Shown: in pieces, positions 62,630 to 64,000 of the stretch | Layout of the letters: each line of letters begins with the position of its first letter | Position numbering within the stretch: position 1 is the stretch's first letter | Source: Octopus vulgaris | Lineage: Eukaryota | DNA: 64,000 nucleotides | Direction of reading: 5' to 3' | Assembly: GCA_951406725.2 (NCBI GenBank) | Contig: OX597817.1 | Location: 95,294,001-95,358,000, forward strand | Made by a program: the position numbers and the translations under genes | The notes under the pieces: generated by a model | What the model was told of the DNA's origin: nothing | The model's input: only the letters and a program-made list of their open reading frames with translations | Database searches by the model: none

Positions 62630-63142
62630 TCTATATATATAAAACTGTAGTTGTGTGAGTGTCTGTCCCCTTCGATTTAGATTCCTAACTACTCCCACAT
62701 TTTGCGGTGCAGTTTAACCAAATTCGAGTATCTTATAGTCGTGATTCATATCGAGCCCGTCTGAGTATTAGTGCGCGTCTACGATGAGTCTACGATTTAA
62801 AAAATAATTTAACATCATTTTTTATTCCATTTTAATGCATAATTTTTCGTGTGTCGATGGCGGCGGAGTTGGCGTCCATGGTCACACCTGCACCTGTTTG
62901 CTTCTCCCCCTTCTTCCCTCCCTCGTGAAGCTGTGGGGAAGGGAGTGTAAGGAAATCAACGTCGTAAAGCGTTGTCAAGGAGACCAGCGTTCTTTTAGAA
63001 CAACGACTTCATGGCTTGAAGACACCAAAACAGAAATGGCTAAGAAAGCCTGAATTGGCATCTATAAGGGAAGTAACTCTCTAAAAATGCTTATATAGTT
63101 ATTTCCCTTACAAACCCGAGCAACGCCGGGCGATACTGCTAG
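62630..63142 (+). mobile_element. Non-autonomous Helitron
   Basis: A|TCTATATATATAAAA start; CCCGAGCAACGCCGGG hairpin and CTAG|T end. Confidence 0.85.
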
Positions 63143-63944
63143 TTATATCTATAATCAAAAATTTGTTATTGTTAGACGTTTTCACATTTGAATTTCTTTT
63201 CATTACAAGTGATGATTATTTCATTGAAACAACTTGATAAATAAAACAATAACAAAAAATGGCTTACATTTAATGCCATCAAAACTGTCTCTCTGTCTCT
63301 TTATCTCACTCCATATTTCCCTTTGCATAAACATTTAGTTCATATAATATAGTTTCATTATGGATTGTTGTTCACTTTGATCTTGTGTCTAGTTGAGTTT
63401 CAAATTGCTTGAGGTCATCTAAACTCCTTTAAAAGAGTTCCTACTTTAGACAACTCAACTGATAAATATTAAAATGTAGATGTTTACTATTCAAAACTGT
63501 TAACACCAAAGGTTATTTCTAATTGGTAATATCATCTAAGTCACCTTAACAGTCTCTCTATTGGTAAAAGGTGGTAAACCTGGTAACATGTTGGTGTACC
63601 TGATTATGTTGGTACCACTGGAGATGTTTTGTGGTAATGCTGGATAAATACAATAATTTATATAGAATTGTGTTAGTTTTATTTTGTTGCATGTTACTTC
63701 TGTAATTTTCTTGTGAAGGAGTATAATTCATTGATTTTTAATATTTTACTATTAGTATTTCTGAAAATCTTGATGCTAAAGGAATATATCTGCAGATATG
63801 AAATATCATTTTCTTAATTTCTTTTTTTTTTTTTTTTTTGTTTCTTTTAGGTAAAATTGATGTTGTTTGGAATTTTCAACACTTCTGCTGAAATTTGACA
63901 ATTTGTTCTTCTGCTGTCATTAGAGACTTGGTAGCAATATTATA

Positions 63945-64000
63945 ATGGCATCTGATTATCCAGAATGTTCCAAAGCTACAGAATTAGAGGAAATTCAAGA
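63945..64000 (+). CDS. First coding exon (partial) of a host gene, possibly SNAP-25 family t-SNARE (MASDYPECSKATELEEIQ...)
   Basis: Strong acceptor (long poly-T, cttttag) before 63851; ataATGG start context with an upstream in-frame TAG (63921-23); TELEEIQ recalls the invertebrate SNAP-25 N-terminus; only 18 codons are visible. Confidence 0.45.
   Translation, partial: MASDYPECSKATELEEIQ

Overview
AT-rich, transposon-dense eukaryotic DNA. The repeat families (abundant tRNA-headed SINEs with internal (TA)n/(TG)n tracts, RTE LINEs ending in (GAT)n, Helitrons, Penelope-like elements) point to an octopod cephalopod; this is an inference, not a database match. Almost every ORF in the supplied track is a transposon relic or spurious. 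Reading splice signals by hand recovers one complete host gene that the track misses: a 4-exon minus-strand gene, join(29238-29286,19559-19633,16043-16123,8426-8475), encoding an 84-aa NDUFA3-like complex I subunit across about 21 kb. The first coding exon of a plus-strand gene, possibly SNAP-25 family, begins at the right edge. The rest is nested mobile DNA: two Tc1 elements, a piggyBac derivative, many RTE fragments, an RLE-type LINE, a CR1 tail, two Gypsy relics, a GIY-YIG Penelope element, Helitrons and a MITE. The most unusual items are: (1) an ORF1-only non-LTR retroposon with a 17-bp TSD inserted in the tRNA head of a SINE; (2) several hammerhead-ribozyme motifs; (3) a ~1.25-kb foldback in intron 1 of the NDUFA3-like gene; (4) a GC-rich RTE resembling parasitic-flatworm RTEs. 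All coordinates were counted by eye, and the boundaries of degenerate repeats are approximate.
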